A stretch of DNA of 64,000 nucleotides, the filler included, from Jimgerdemannia flammicorona (Eukaryota), in assembly GCA_003990765.1 (NCBI GenBank). It is 3 parts of 3 records of this genome, joined end to end, with 100 filler letters (N's around TTAATTAATTAA, not from the genome) between each part and the next. Parts side by side here need not be neighbours in the genome. Positions count along the whole stretch, not along the records: positions 1 to 21,380 come from RBNJ01001466.1; 2 more parts are not named here. The stretch is one strand, 5' to 3'. Below the pieces are notes generated by a model. It ran no database searches. It had not been told where the DNA came from and was given only the letters and a program-made list of their open reading frames with translations. This document shows, piece after piece, positions 1 through 14,063 of the stretch. Position 1 is the first letter of the stretch. Every line of letters starts with the position of its first letter. The translations under genes were made by a program, and so were the position numbers.

Positions 1-834
1 GGCCAGTAAGTACTAGAACTAGTGGAGCTAGTAGTATAGATAGGTTGAGTTAGGGGAGGGCTAGAGGTTCTCTGTCTGGAAAAATAAGTATAGGATTTGA
101 AGAGACTGTGGCTGAGAGAGCGGGGGTGATTGCTGATAGTAGTATAACTAAGGTATAAGTGCACAATCCCCAAGCCACCAAAATCACATGTCACCCTCTG
201 AACAAGCCACTGAAATCACATGCGATCTCCAAACAAATCTGGAAATCATCTGCAAGATCACAAAACTGAGTCAAACTGAAGTTACAGTATATAAAGCTGA
301 GTTAATATGAAGTTATGGAATATAAGATTTATACAAATAGAATCTTATCAATTAGGACCAAATATATATATACTGAGCACCAAGATGTGTTAAAATAGAG
401 AACCAAAACAAATAATAATCACAACTTCTAAACATACATAAATATGACCACTGAGATCTACAACTACATCTATACTGACATTTGGAATACCATTGTCAAC
501 TGAGCCACACCCCCTCTACCCCTTATGAATATCCATAGTCTAGCACCTCTCTACTTTGTGGAAGCCCAATGGAATGCTCTGAATATGCTTAGCGAGGCCT
601 ACCAAATCGGATAAATCTCAAGCTACTACCAGATCAGCTACCTCTTAGAAGACATGGTTGAACATCACCATGATATAGATATTACCCAGATGTCTCAATA
701 CCAGAAACTCATCACCCATAAATACAAAGAACTCTTCTATAAGTACAGCACCTTTATTCTCTATCTCTGAGTCACTACTACTGATATGATCACTACTCTG
801 TCCTATGGCCAAATTGACAACATGATATAGGAAC

Positions 835-2875
835 TGTAAGACGGTTGCTTTTTAGAGTAACTGTTATGTAGATCTGGAAGGGTTTTCAGAAAGTTCTGGA
901 TATTCTAGAAGACTGTTTTCTTATAATCAAGATCAATTTCATATGGAGTATATCCTCTATGCTTATTGATTTCAAGATCAGGTTGATATCTCAACCAAAG
1001 TCCTTTTTTGGACTAGTTCTGGATGTTCAGGATTTTCTGTATTTTAGGAAGTTCAAGAAACTAAGACTAGCTTAGTTGAATTTACATATCGCTGCAGACA
1101 ATACCCAATTAGGAAATTTTATGATGGAGTTAGAGTGGGACCTAATGGGGAGCAGATTTACTTAAGAGTAGTTTGTGGGTTATTAAATAGGTTTATTCAC
1201 TATTCATGATATTGCTATATTAGAAGTAGTTGTATAAAGGGATATTGTAAGGAAGTGTTCAGGAATGTTCTTGTGTGTTCAAGTCTATTCAAGTCTGAGA
1301 TTCTGAGGTCTGGGGGAGGGGGTATTTATACTAGTGAGGGGCTATCTAGACTATGCTAAATATGGATGTAGTACTAAGTGTCTTGCTGAGTTGGAATGCA
1401 GTCACATAGTATAAGTGTAATCTGATATGTCAAGAGATCATCTGACTGCTGAGTTAGTTGGCAGTCATATGGTACAAGGCTAATCTAACTATACTATGAC
1501 TGCTAGGCTATCTATAGATTTAGATGCTGTCTGGGTAGTCTTCAATGATATCACTATCAATGACATTATCTCTGATGAAGTAGTTGTCTAGGAAAAGTGG
1601 TTTACAGATTACTTCTCCTTGTTCACTGAGGTAATAATACATTGGAACTTTGTCTCCATCCTACAGGATTGCATCATCTGTCTCATATGCTGGATAAGGT
1701 ATTGGTGGGTGAAGGAGTAGTGCATTGTCTTCACTTTCATTGGATTCACTGTCTGTATATCTTCTATAGGTTACAGTACTATAAGTCATGGGATTATAGT
1801 AAGCTGGTGGCTATGGTTCATATCACTCATACTCGGGTGGTGGGATTGTTGATTCAATCTCAAGAGTTGTCTAAAGGTACAGGTTGTGCTCTCTGGTCTC
1901 TTTATTATAGTTGAAGTAATCAGGGGTGAATGTGGGTTGATATTCATACCAGTGGTCATTATCTCAATAAGTCTTATAGGCAGTTATAAACTATTGTAAG
2001 TTCATTGGCAAGGTTGGCAGTATGATCAGGGTTGGTAGATATCCTTGGCTAGAGGTCATGTCAGCATCAGAGGGATCATTGTCTTCTGCTTTATCTTCAT
2101 CGAAGTAGATTATATCATAGACATCCTTTATAGTATAACTAACTTGAGGCATTTGTAGAATATGGTCGCCGGAGTGCAGGAAGGTTCTGTCTGTGGTCTG
2201 AATGTATTCAAGATACTTGTGGTTGAGTTCTTGGATCATGTCATTGATTTGGCCATAGAATAGGGTAGCAATCATTTTGCTGGTAGTAACTCGGAGGTAG
2301 GGAATAAAGGTGCTGTACTTATAGAAGAGTTCCCGGTGTTTGCAGGCAATGAGTTTCTGGTGTTGAGACATCTGGGTAATGTCTGTATCATAGTAGTGTT
2401 TGACCATATCTTCCAGGAGGTGGCCAATCTGGTAGTAGCTTGAGATTTGTCTGATTTGGTGGGCCTCATTAAGTATGTTCAGGGTATTCCATCAGGCTTC
2501 CATGAAATAGAGGGGTGCCAGGCTATGGATATTTATAAGGGAAAGAGGGAGTATGGCTCAGTTGACAATAGCATTCCAAATGTCAGTGCGGATGTGGTTG
2601 TAGATCTCGGTGGTTATATTTATATATGTTCAGAAGTTGTGATTGTTGTTTGTTTTGGTTCTCTGTTTCAATATATCTCAGTGCTCAGTATATATGCATT
2701 TGGTCCTGATTGGTAAGATTCCATTTGTATGAATCTTGTGTTCTGTAACTTTATGTTGACTCAGCTTTGTGTACTGTGACTTCAGTTTGACTCAGCTTCA
2801 TGATTATGCAGGTGATTTCCAGATTTGTTCAGAGGTCACATGTGATTTTGGTGGCTTGGGGGTTGTGTGCTTACA
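835..2875 (-). repeat. 3' LTR of copy B (~2.04 kb)
   Basis: Direct repeat of 9372-11399, bounded by the PPT. Confidence 0.93.
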
Positions 2876-3302
2876 ACTCTCCCCTTCTTAGCTTTTGACG
2901 TCCTCATCAGGGCCTTCTAATTTTGTTCTAGTGTTATTACACTATTTGGGAGGTCAAAAGTCCAGTGAAGTCCATTTTTCTCAGAAAGTGGCATACTTGT
3001 AGTACAGTTGCCTAATGCATTGGATTTATATATTAAAGGGTCATGTGTTCAATACCATGTGCCAGAAGTGATTCTGACGTCATTCACTGCTGGAGAATTT
3101 CCTCTAAGGAATCTTCTTAAATATCTATGCCTCGTTTCCCACCAGTAGTATAGAGAGAATAGGCTTGCTTTCAGTTTTGCTATTTTTCCAGAGGGCTAAT
3201 ATTCTTGTCTTAACTTACTGAGTTCTTGATTTGGTTTGTGATAATTATAATATTCAGAAGGGTAATATATAGTATGTACTGATAGGTGTCAGATATCCAG
3301 TT

Positions 3303-6300
3303 TTAGTTGTTCAAGGAATCATATTCCTGAACTAAATCAGTGGCATTCTGGAGGTTGGTCTTGGGTTCTCATATTGCATTATAGATTGGGTAACCTTTCT
3401 ATTTAACAAGGTACTCAGGGTGGTTCTTGTTACCACATTTGTTGAAGATTTGTTCAACTTTGTATTCTTCTTGGTTATTAATAATAACAGGTGCAGGTGG
3501 TTTGGTAGTCCAGTTTGGAAATAGCTTATCATCGTTTTCATTATATTACTTAAGATGTTGGATATTGAAGACTGGGTGAATCTTAATGATATCTGGTAGC
3601 ACCAATTTGTAGGAAGTAGGAGAGACTTGTGTGATGACTTTGAATGGTCCAATGAACTTGCTGTTCAGCTTTGTAGATGGTCTGTACTTGAGGTTGTCAA
3701 CTCAGTATCCTTGGATGTCTAGTAGAACTTTTTCTCTAATATCAAAGGTTTCTTCTTGATGGTGTTGGTTACATACTGTGACTGTTGTTCTTGAGCTCGC
3801 AATAAATTCTCAATTGCAATCTGGCTTACATTACACATTTGGAGTAAGAATTCTTCAATAGCTTCGACTATGGAGAGTTCATCAGTAGTTCAGATGAGTG
3901 TCAGAGGGGTGTTTGGGTTTTGTTCAGTGTTGGCAAAGAATGGAGTCATTCCAAGAGAGGCTTGCTTACTGTTGTTATAGGCAAACTCGACTGTGGTGAG
4001 GTATTCATACTAATCATCTTGTCTGTAAGAGATATAGTTTCTTAGCATTTATTCCAGAGTTCAGTTCATTCTTTCAGTTTGGCCATTAATTTCAGGGTAA
4101 AAGGCTGTAGATAGTGTAAGTTTCATTCCAAGATGTACATGGAGGGCTTTCCAAAAATGGCTGGTGAATTTCAGATCTCAGTCACTAACAATGATCTTAG
4201 GAAGACCATGGTAGCAGAAGATGTTGTCAAATAAGAGTGTAGCTATGTCTAGTGCTGTTGCAGTAGTAGTAGTAGGTATAAAGTGAGCTTGTTTGCTGAG
4301 ATAGTCTATAAAGACAATGATTGCATCCTTCCTATTCTTGGTTCAGAGTAGTTGTACAATGAAGTCCATAGAGATTTGTTCCCAATTAGCAGATGGTACT
4401 GGGATAGGGTGGAGTAAGCTAGGTTTTGCTAGTGTTGAGGACTTGTTCTATTGGCAGGCATCACAGGAAGTGATGTAGGTCTTTAGCTGATCTGCTATGC
4501 AGGGCCAATAGAAATTTCAGAAGATAACTTTATAGCATTTGTCAAATCCTAAATGTCCAGCTGTAGGGGCATCATGATGTTCAAATAGGATAGTCCTTCG
4601 GAGGTCTCAGTTGTTTGAGACATACAGTCTGTTCTTGTAGTAGATAGCATTGTCCTTGAGTTGGTATTAATGATACTGGGTATACTTGTCAGTATCATCA
4701 CTATTCAGAATTTCTCGGAGTACTTGAGCTTCTTTATCATCAGCATATGCTGTGATAATTTGTTTCATGATGGAGTTGGTAACCAAGGTGAGGGTTTGGA
4801 TAACTTCTTCAATTGGTGGTCTGGAGATTACATCAGCAACAATATTTTCCTTGCCAGAGCAGTACTGGATTTCATAATCAAAGTTGGTGAGGACTTTCAT
4901 CTATCTGGCTTACTTTTGAGAAAGAGTAACCTGTGTCTTGATATTGACTTATAACTTGTGGTCAGTCAATACAGTGAAGTGTGCTCCTTCTTGATATGGT
5001 TGCTATTTGATCAGAGTGTCTACAATGGCTAGCATTTCCTTCTCATGAGTTGTGTAGTTGATTTCAGCATCATTGAACTTGCAGGAATGATAGGCCACAG
5101 AGTGTCCTTCTTGCATGAGCATAGCTCCAAGGGCTAGATCAGAGGCATTAGTGATATTCATATGGTAGGGCAGAATTTGCTGCTTGAAGTACTGGAGTGG
5201 TTATCAGGGTATCCTTTAGTGCTTGAAAGGTGATATCTTGCTTGGGTCTCCAATTTACAAGATTGTTGAAGTCTTTTTGTTCTTCTTTCTTGCTATACTT
5301 GGTTATTTGGGTAAGGGCAGTAGCAATTTTGGCAAAGTTAGCAATAAATCACCTGTAATAGTTTGCTAATCTCAGGAATAACTGTAGATCTTTCAGCTTC
5401 TTGGGTCTGGGTCAATCCTTGATTGTGGAGATTGTGCTAGGGTTTACTTTGATTCCATTTGGCATGACAATATATCTAAGAAATTGGATTTCTTTTAGGA
5501 GAAATTCACATTTGCTAAGTTTTGCAAAGAGTTGGTTTTCTCAGTATTTTAGTAGTACTAGTTCAAGGTATTCAAGATATTCCTCCAGGGTTTTGCTGAA
5601 GACTAAGATGTCATCAATATAGACAACAACAAATTTGTCCAGGTAAAAGTGTAGGATAGTATTCATCAGTGTCTAGAAGGTTGCAGGAGCATTAGTTAAG
5701 CCAAAAGGCATAACCAGGAACTCAAAGTATCCATAGTGGGTTCAGAAGGCTGTCTTGTAGATGTCTTTTTCTTTCATGGCAATTTGCCAGTAATCATTTC
5801 GCAGATCAAAAGAGCTCATGAATTGTAGGTTGGTAAGTCTATCGAATATTTCATCGATCCTCAGTAGTGGGCAACAGTTCTTGATGGTCTGTTCATTGAG
5901 GTCACAGTAATCAATACATATTCACAGGTCTTCTCCTTTTTTAACAACAAAGAGGACTAGTGTACCATAGGGTGATATACTGGGTCTGATGAATTCTTAT
6001 TATAGGAGTTTGTCAATTTCTTTCTTGAGTGCATCAATTTCTCTTGGAGACATATGGTAGATTGACTTGAAGGCTGGTTTGGCATCTGGGATAGTCTTGA
6101 TTGCATGGTCTACTGCTCATTTGGGAGGTAGGCCTTTTGGGAGCTTCTTTGAGAATATGTCTCAGAATTTCTGGAGTAGTGGTCTGATATGGCTGTCAAC
6201 TTTGGAAAAGTCTTCTTTAGAGTTCTCAGGTTCTCCTTTGGATGGATGGATGGAGATAGCAAAAAGAGGGCATTTCTTGGTCAATTTCTTAAGTTGTAGC

Positions 6301-9300
6301 TTGTTGATGTAGGTGATCTTTGGTTTAGAGTCACTAGAGTTGAGTGGGTCCTTTTCACCTTGCAGTTTGAAGTTATGGCATCCTTTCTTGATGGTCAGAG
6401 AATGGTTTACCCAATCAATCATGGGGTTCTCTTGTTTCAACCATGGGGTTCCAAGAATGATCTCATTATCAGGAAGTGGTACAATTTGGAGAGTAACATG
6501 TACTCAATAGTCACCAATTCGGAAGGGTAGATTGTGGACTTCTTTGCTAATAACATGTGAGGTTCCATCAGCTGTGGCAACTGCTTGAGTTTGTTGTATG
6601 GGGGAGGTGAAGACCTTGAGTCTGTTGGCTGTTTTCTCATTGATAAAGTTGCCTGAGGTACCACTGTCTATCATAATCTTGACAGGTACTTGGTTGACAA
6701 AAGCTTGAAGTATAAGCAGTTTGTCTGATCCAATGGTGGTGATTTCAGTTATAAGAGTTTTCCTTCTGTTGGTTCTTCTTTGAGCCAGTTCATTGATACA
6801 AGAGAAGCAATCATTAATCATTTGGAAAGAGTACATTCCAATGCCATGGGGATATCGACCACTTGGTATATATCCATCTTTGATTTTCTTGTAGAATTGT
6901 TCTTCTTTGTTCATGGTAGGTTGGGCTGGGGCTTTGTTTGATGAGCCAAATCCTTTGGATCCTCAGATGGTGGGCAGTAGTTTGGGGACTTCTTTGACTG
7001 TCAGGGTTGACTCAATTTTTTCAAATAGGATCTGGGCAATACAGAATCCAATAGGGATCTTGAAGGGTGTCCAACTGTAGTTTCAGATAAGGACAATAAT
7101 TTCATCTGTATAATCTTCATTAATGACTCCTCCTTCTACTGAGAGTTCTTTTAATGCTAGGCTGCTGCAACAGCATATTCTTCCAACATGTCCTTCAGAG
7201 ATTTGGATGCTGATTCCTGTGTAGACTTACTTGACTTCTCAGTTGGAAACTGTAGCTTTTTTGGCTGCATACAGATCATATCTAGCTGCTTTTTGACTTT
7301 CTTTGATTGGAGTCTTAGCAGTTTGTCTTAACTTGACAAAGTCCAGTATTCTGGTGGTCAGGTTATTGAGGTAGTACAGAGTGGTAACAGTTACTCATAT
7401 TGCTGTTTGGGGTTTTCAGTTAGAGCAGGTGCTGGCCATGTGTCCTGTCTTTTGGCAGTAGAAGCATGCTCTGCTTCTTCGAAGTTCATTCCTTTCACCT
7501 TCAGTGAGTTTCTTGAAAGTACTTGGCTGGGTGAGTTCATGATTTCTGGGTATCCATGAGGTGGATATAGAGAGAGCTCGAGATGCTTCATGCTTGGGTT
7601 CTTCTTTCTTAGTCCAAGTCTTTTTCTTATTGTTGAATTGTCTTCAGAGCAGAATTGGTCCAGCTGTTAGGATTCACTTGATCATAGTCTTGATTCTTAC
7701 CAGGCACTATTGTTGGTAATCACAACCAACTGGGCAGCCTTGTTCTTGAATTTTTCTAGTAAGTCATTCAGGTAGTGCATCAAATAATGGTCTGCTCTTG
7801 TACCATTTCATGCTTCGTCATTGGTAATATATCCTAGGCCAATAGTGTTCAGGAGTGACTTGAGTTTTATACAAAAGGTTTTTAATTCTTCTTTACTATG
7901 TATATCGAATTTGAGGTTACAGAGTTTTACTCAGGATTCAGCAATCATAGTTTCACTGCAGTATTGAGCAATTATGAGTTATTTCAGTCCAGGGGCTGCA
8001 GGATGGGCTCCATATCCTGGGGTATTGTTTGCTGTATTCTGTGCAACTACTGCAGGTCAGGTGTCCCAAGTGAGGAGTTTTTCAGGAAAGGTTCACCACC
8101 ATTCTTTGGCAGGTCCTCAGAAGAATGTAACAACTCAGTGGACATAGGCTATAGCTATAGCAAAGAGTTGTTCCAGAGTATGGTCTTGATTGTTTGTCAG
8201 AAGGTGGTCAGCAACTCGCTCATTGGTCCATTGATTGGCTTCAAAGTTGGTATCAACTATACTAATAAAGCTTTGAACTTCTTGTGCAGTACCATTGAAG
8301 GTAGGTAGGCTCAGATTTTGGTAGATCAGGTCTGTTCAGCTAGAGCAGTAATAGTTGCTGCCATTATTGCTACCTGGGCTGTGAGGTCTAGAATCTGTTG
8401 GTTCATCATGTTGTTTACTAGAGGTGGTTGGACTACTGGTAGTGGTGTTACTGGTACTACTTGAGGTACTGGTGCAGAGTGTCATAGGGTTCTTTGGGTC
8501 TGTGTAAGTTGCTGGAGTAGTAGTTGTAGGTCTGGAGTGAGAGCTCAATAGATAGCTGTTTATTGCTGTATAGGTGTATTCTGTCCTGATAGAGGTGCTT
8601 CTCCTTCAGTGGTGTATCCAGGATCAAATTCACTGAGATACTCCTCCTCTTCTTCAGTTTGATCTCCATGTAATTGGGTTTGCTTGACATCAAAATAGAC
8701 AGAATCAGTTGTATATCTGATTTCAGATAGACTTAATTCAAAGTTAAGTTCTGGTTCAGTGTTGGTTTCAGATTTGGATAGAGCTGTAGCAGGGTCTGCT
8801 TCTGGCTCAGGGTCAGGTAGTTGATGAAGGGTTTCTCTCACTTCTTCTTTAAGAATATGGCAGGCCTTGCTGTTCTGGAATTGGTAGTATAGTGTGGTCT
8901 TGGTTCTGGTATGGTAAAAGTCAGTAGAGTTAAGCCACTTGGCTACTGAGGCTTGGGCTTCATGAGGGACTAAGACTAGAAAGACTGCTGCTGGTTGTTC
9001 TAGATCACTTGGATTTGTGGAGCTGACAAAACTCTTGTTGAGAAGAGTAAAGAAGGCTGCTATAAGATCTTCTTCATCTTGACTTGCTAGGTGTAGAGCA
9101 AGGAGTTCAGTAAATAGAGTTTCACTTATTTGCTGATTTAACTGGAGTATTTCTTTCTTCAAATGAAGTTTGTCCCACTTATTATAGGTGTAGAGGTCAA
9201 ATTGTCCTTGTACATCAGGTTCAATTCTCTCCAGATTGTCGGATAGTTTAAGATAAATTCCAGTTCAGAGGTTGGGCTTTATACCAACTTGTAGGAATTC

Positions 9301-9619
9301 TCAGAAGGGTTTGTAGTGGAGTGAGGAAGCATCTTGAAGTGGAATTGAATTATAAACCACTGCTATCAAGTTGTAAGAGGGTTGCTTTTTAGAGTAACTG
9401 TTATATAGTTCTAGAAGGGTTTTCAGGAAGTTCTGGATATTCTGGAAGACTATTTTCTTATAGTCAAGATCAATTTCATATAGAGTATATCCTCTATGCT
9501 TATTGATTTCAAGATTGGGTTGATGTCTCAACCAAAGTCCTTTTTCAAACTAGTTCTGGATGTTCAGGATTTTCCGTATTTCAGGAAGTTCAAGAAACTA
9601 AGACCAGCTTAGTTGAATT
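3303..9619 (-). pseudogene. gag-dUTPase-pol (PR, RT, RNase H, IN, chromodomain) of copy B
   Basis: Motifs read by hand across stops: CCHC knuckle (CFYCxKTGHMASTC), dUTPase (GGVINEDY, QILFEKI, GSKGFGSS), [26 protein letters not shown] and [19 protein letters not shown] and TLEQMLRNYI-like, chromodomain EEYKVEQI...YLVK. Many stops are reversible by C->T. Confidence 0.9.
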
Positions 9620-11399
9620 AGTGTATTGCTGGAGAGCAGATTTACTTAAGAGTGGTTTGTGGGTTATTAAATAGGTTTATTTGCTATTCATAATATTACT
9701 ATACTATGAGAAGTTGTGTAAAGAGATATTATGGGGAAGTGTTCAGGAATGTTCTTGTGTATTTGAGTCTGTTCAAGTCTGAGATTCTGAGGTCTGGGGG
9801 AGGGGGTACATATTTATACTAGTGAGGGGCTACATATCTGGACTATGCTAAATATGGATATAGCACTAAGTGTCTTACTGAGTCAGAATGCAGTCACATA
9901 GTATAAGTGTGATCTGATATGTCAAGAGATTGTCTGACTGCTGAGTCAGTTTGCAGTCATATTATACAAGGCTAATCTAACTATACTATGACTGCTAGGC
10001 TATCTATAGATTTAGATGCTATCTAGATAGTCTTCAATGATATCACCATCAATGACATCATCTCTGATGAAGTAGTCATCTAGGAAAAGTGGTTTGCAGA
10101 TTACTTCTTCTTATTCACTGAGGTAATAATACATTGGAACTTTGTCTCTGTCCCACAGGATTGCATTATCTGTCTCATATGCTGGATAAGGTATTGGTGG
10201 GCGAAGGAGTGGTGCATTGTCTTCGCTTTCATCAGATTCACTGTCTGTATATCTTCTATAGGTTACAGCACTATGAGTCATAGGATTGTAGTAAGCTGGT
10301 GGCTATGGTTCATGTTGCTCATACTTGGGTGATGGGGTTGTTGATTCGATCTCGAGGGTTGTCTGAAGGTATAGGTTGTGTTCTCCAGTCTCTTCATTGT
10401 AGTTGAAATAATTGGGGGTGAATGCAGATTGGTATTCATACCAGTGGTCATTATCCCAATAAGTCTCATAGGCAGTTATGAACTATTGTAAGTTCATTGG
10501 CAAGGTTGGTGGTGTGATCTGGGTTGATAGAGATCCTTGGCTAGAGGTCATGTCAGCATCAGAGGAATCATTGACTTCTGCTTCATCTTCATTAAAGTGG
10601 ATTATATTGTAGACATCCTTCATAGTGTAACTGACTTGAGGCATTTGCAGGATATGGTCATCAGGGTGTGGGAAGGTTCTGTCTATGGTCTGAACATATT
10701 CAAGATACTTGTGGTTGAGTTCTTGGATCATGTCATCAATTTGGCTGTAGGATAGGGTAGTAACCATTTCACTGGTAGTAACTCGGAGGTAGAGAATAAA
10801 GGTGCTGTACTTATAGAAGAGTTCTTGGTGTTTGCAGGCAATGAGTTTCTGGTGTTGAGACATCTGGGTAATGTCTATATCATAGTGGTGTTCAACCATG
10901 TCTTCCAGGAGGCGACCAATCTGGTAGTAGCTTGAGATTTGTCCAATTCAGTGGGCCTTGTTAAGCATGTTCAGAGCATTTCATTGGGCTTCCACGAAAT
11001 AGAGGGGTGCCAGGCTATAGATATTCATGAGGGGAAGAGGGGGTGTGGCTTGGTTGACAATGGTATTCCAAATGTCAGCATGGATGTGGTTGTAGATCTT
11101 GGTGGTTATATTTGTGTATATTCAGAAGTTGTGATTATTGTTTGTTTTGGTTCTCTGTTTCAACACATCTTGGTACTTGGTATATATGTATTTGGTCCTG
11201 ATTGGTAAGATTCCATTTGTATGAATCTTGTGTTTTGTGACTTCATATTGACTTAGCTTTGTGCACTGTGACTTTGGTTTGACTCAGCTTTATGATTTTG
11301 CAGGTGATTTCCAGATTTGTTCAGAGGTTGCATGTGATTTCAGTGGCTTTTTCGGAGGGTGACATGTAATTTTGGTGGCTTGGAGGTTGTGTGCTTACA
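9372..11399 (-). repeat. 5' LTR of copy B (~2.03 kb)
   Basis: Direct repeat of 835-2875, followed by the PBS. Confidence 0.93.
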
Positions 11400-12790
11400 G
11401 GAACTCAACCACAAGTATCTCAAGTATGTTGAAACTACAGACAGAACCTTCTCACACCTCAATAACCATATCCTGCAAATATCTTAAGTCAGATATATCA
11501 TAAAGGATGTCTATGATATAATCTGATTTGATGAAGATAAAGCAGAAGACAATGATCCCTCTGATGCTAATATGACCTCCAGCCAAGAATCCCTACCAAC
11601 CCTGATCACTCTGCCAACCTTGCCAATGAACTTACAACAGTTCATAACTACCTACAAGACCTATTGGGACAATAACTACTGGTATAAATACCAACCTGCA
11701 TTTACCCCTGATTACTTCAACTATAATGAAAAGACTAGAGAATACAATCTGTACCTTCAGACAACTCTCAAGATTGAACCAACCACTCCACTACTCAAGT
11801 ATGAGCAATATGAACTACAGTCACTAGCTTACTACAATCCTGAGACTCATAGTACTGTAACTTGTAGAAGGTATACAGATAGCAAATCTGATAAAAGCAA
11901 AGATGATGCATTACTCCCTCACCCACCAATTCCATACCCAGTATATGAAACAGATGATGCTATCCTATGGGATGGTGATGAAGTCTCAATATATTACTAT
12001 CTCAGCAAATAAGGAGAATTGATCTATGAATAACTCTTTCTAGATGACTACTTCATCAGAGATAATGTGATTGATGGTGATGTCATTAAAGACTATCCAG
12101 ATAGTATCTAAACCTATAAATAGCTTAGCAGTCATAGTATAGTTAGATTAGCCTTATACAATATAACTGTGAACTGACTCAGCAGTCAGATGATCTCTTG
12201 ACATATCAGATCACACTTATACTATATAACTGCATTCTGACTCAGCAGAGCACTAAGTACTACATCCATATTTAGCATAGTCCAGATAGCCCCTCACTAA
12301 TATAAATACTCCCTCCCCCAGACCTCAGAATCTCAGACTTGAACATATAAGAACATTCCTAAATACTTCCCTACAATATCCCTTCATATAACTACTCCTA
12401 GTATAGTAATATCATGAATAGTGAATAAACCTATTTAATAACCCACAAACCACTCTTAAGTAAATCCACTCTCCATTAAGTCCCACTCCTAACCCTGTTA
12501 CAAAATTCCCTAATTGGGTATTGTCTGCAGTGATATGCCAATTCAACTAAGCTGGCCTTAGTTCCTTGAACTTTCTGAAATATGGAAAATTCTGAATATC
12601 CAGAATTAGTCCAAAAAAGGACTTTGGTTGAGATGTCAACCTGATCTTAAAATCAATAAGCATAGAGGATGTACTTCATACAAAATTGATCTTGATTATA
12701 AGAAAACAGTCTTCTAGAATATCCAGAACTTCTAAAAAACTCTTCCAGAACTACATAATGATTACTCTAAAAAGCAACCCTTTAACAACT

Positions 12791-12805
12791 TGGTAGCAGT
12801 GGTTT
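12791..12805 (+). promoter_or_regulatory. Primer-binding site, probably tRNA-iMet (TGGTAGCAG[C>T]GG)
   Basis: Lies 3 nt after the LTR end. The same site occurs at 44981-44995 and at 9354-9368 (-). TGGTAGC is the usual iMet-type PBS start. Confidence 0.75.
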
Positions 12806-12875
12806 ATAATCTAATTCTGCTTCAAGATGCTTCCTCACTCAGTTACAAACCTCTTTGAGAATTCTTACAAGTTGG

Positions 12876-14063
12876 CGCCCCTTTCTCCACTATCTTACTG
12901 GTCATAATGATTTGGTAGGCAACCTTCTGAGTCTACTTTTTACAATTATTACCCTCTCTATCTTGGGTTGGTTTGCTGTACCTGTTGCAGGGTAGTGGGA
13001 GGAAGGCAATAGTAATGAGTTGCCCCTTTATCAGTATCTGATTGGTGTCTTCTCCACATTTTCACAGTTTCTGGTGTCTTTGGCTACATCTGGGGTGCAT
13101 CTGTTTTGGTGCAGTACCTTCTTCCTTTTGCCATCACCAACAAAGTATTGTTTTGGTGTATCTTGGGCTACATAGGGAGTTGGCCAACCTTAGGCATCAA
13201 GTGCTCAGTATAGGTTATCTGCAGGTCCTCAGTACCTGTGGTAGGGCTCTCTGGCTTTGGTGAGCTTCTCAGCAAGTACAGTTCTAGCATAGGTGACTGC
13301 TTTTTATGTATTATTGGGATGGGAGGGGAGATGGCCATCACAGATAGAAGGAAGGGTGATAATGGTGAACCAGTAGAGTATCAGGCTGGGGGCAGTCATC
13401 AGGACTGGGGTGGGTACTGCTTCAGTGGGGCCTTTTGATTGGTGCAGTATAGTTAGGTGGTAGGTGTCACTCTCGGCTTCTTTTGGTAATTCATGGGGTT
13501 GGGCCCTGGTTGTCTGGGGGGGTCAGGGGGCCCGAGGCTACCTATTTCAAGCATCTTGGCTGTACTTAACTGAAACTAAGAGCTTATATGACAATATAAT
13601 CAAGGCCCACAGGCTTGAGTAGTGGGATATTGAGGATCTCCTCCCACCTCATGTGTAAGTCCTTTACTCACCTTGACTGAGAGAACCAGACTCTGCCCGC
13701 TGTATTGTACTTTGATGAGGGTTTTTCTTTACCTGTCATTCTCTTTGAGATGACAGGAGCTATTCTATTTAGCTTGGACATGACCTTGTACATACATTGG
13801 GTTCTTGGGTGTGCACTTTTGGTCATTGGCATATAGCTGGGTTTCCCCTGGTGGTAGGGAGAGCATGGTATACAGAATGAGGTACAGGCCAACATAGACC
13901 CTGCTGCACCTGGCATAGTTGAGCTGTTAGACAATAGCTAGCCTAGATTAATGAGAGGGCAGTGTTTGATGGGTGGTGGGGGAGGGTTTTGGCCTATATA
14001 GTCTAGGTTCCCTTCCAATAAAAATCTGTGAGACATTAAGTCTGTTAAAAAAAAAAAAAAAAA
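12876..14063 (+). mobile_element. ~1.2 kb non-coding poly(A) retroposon (SINE-like/non-autonomous LINE), copy 1
   Basis: AATAAA followed by an A-tail, and a ~16-bp TSD AATTCTTACAAGTTGG. Absent from the same site in copies B and D. Homologous to 60661-61841 and 63673-64000. Confidence 0.9.

Larger units (their letters stand above)
835..11399 (-). mobile_element. Ty3/Gypsy chromovirus family A, copy B (complete, nested in the 5' LTR of copy C)
   Basis: TG...CA termini and a 5-bp TSD GGAAC (830-834 and 11400-11404). LTRs are 835-2875 and 9372-11399, with PPT at ~2876-2893 and PBS at 9354-9368. Confidence 0.95.

Noticed and set aside
1..153. Possible fragment of another retroelement upstream of LTR C
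   Set aside because: Too short and decayed to classify.
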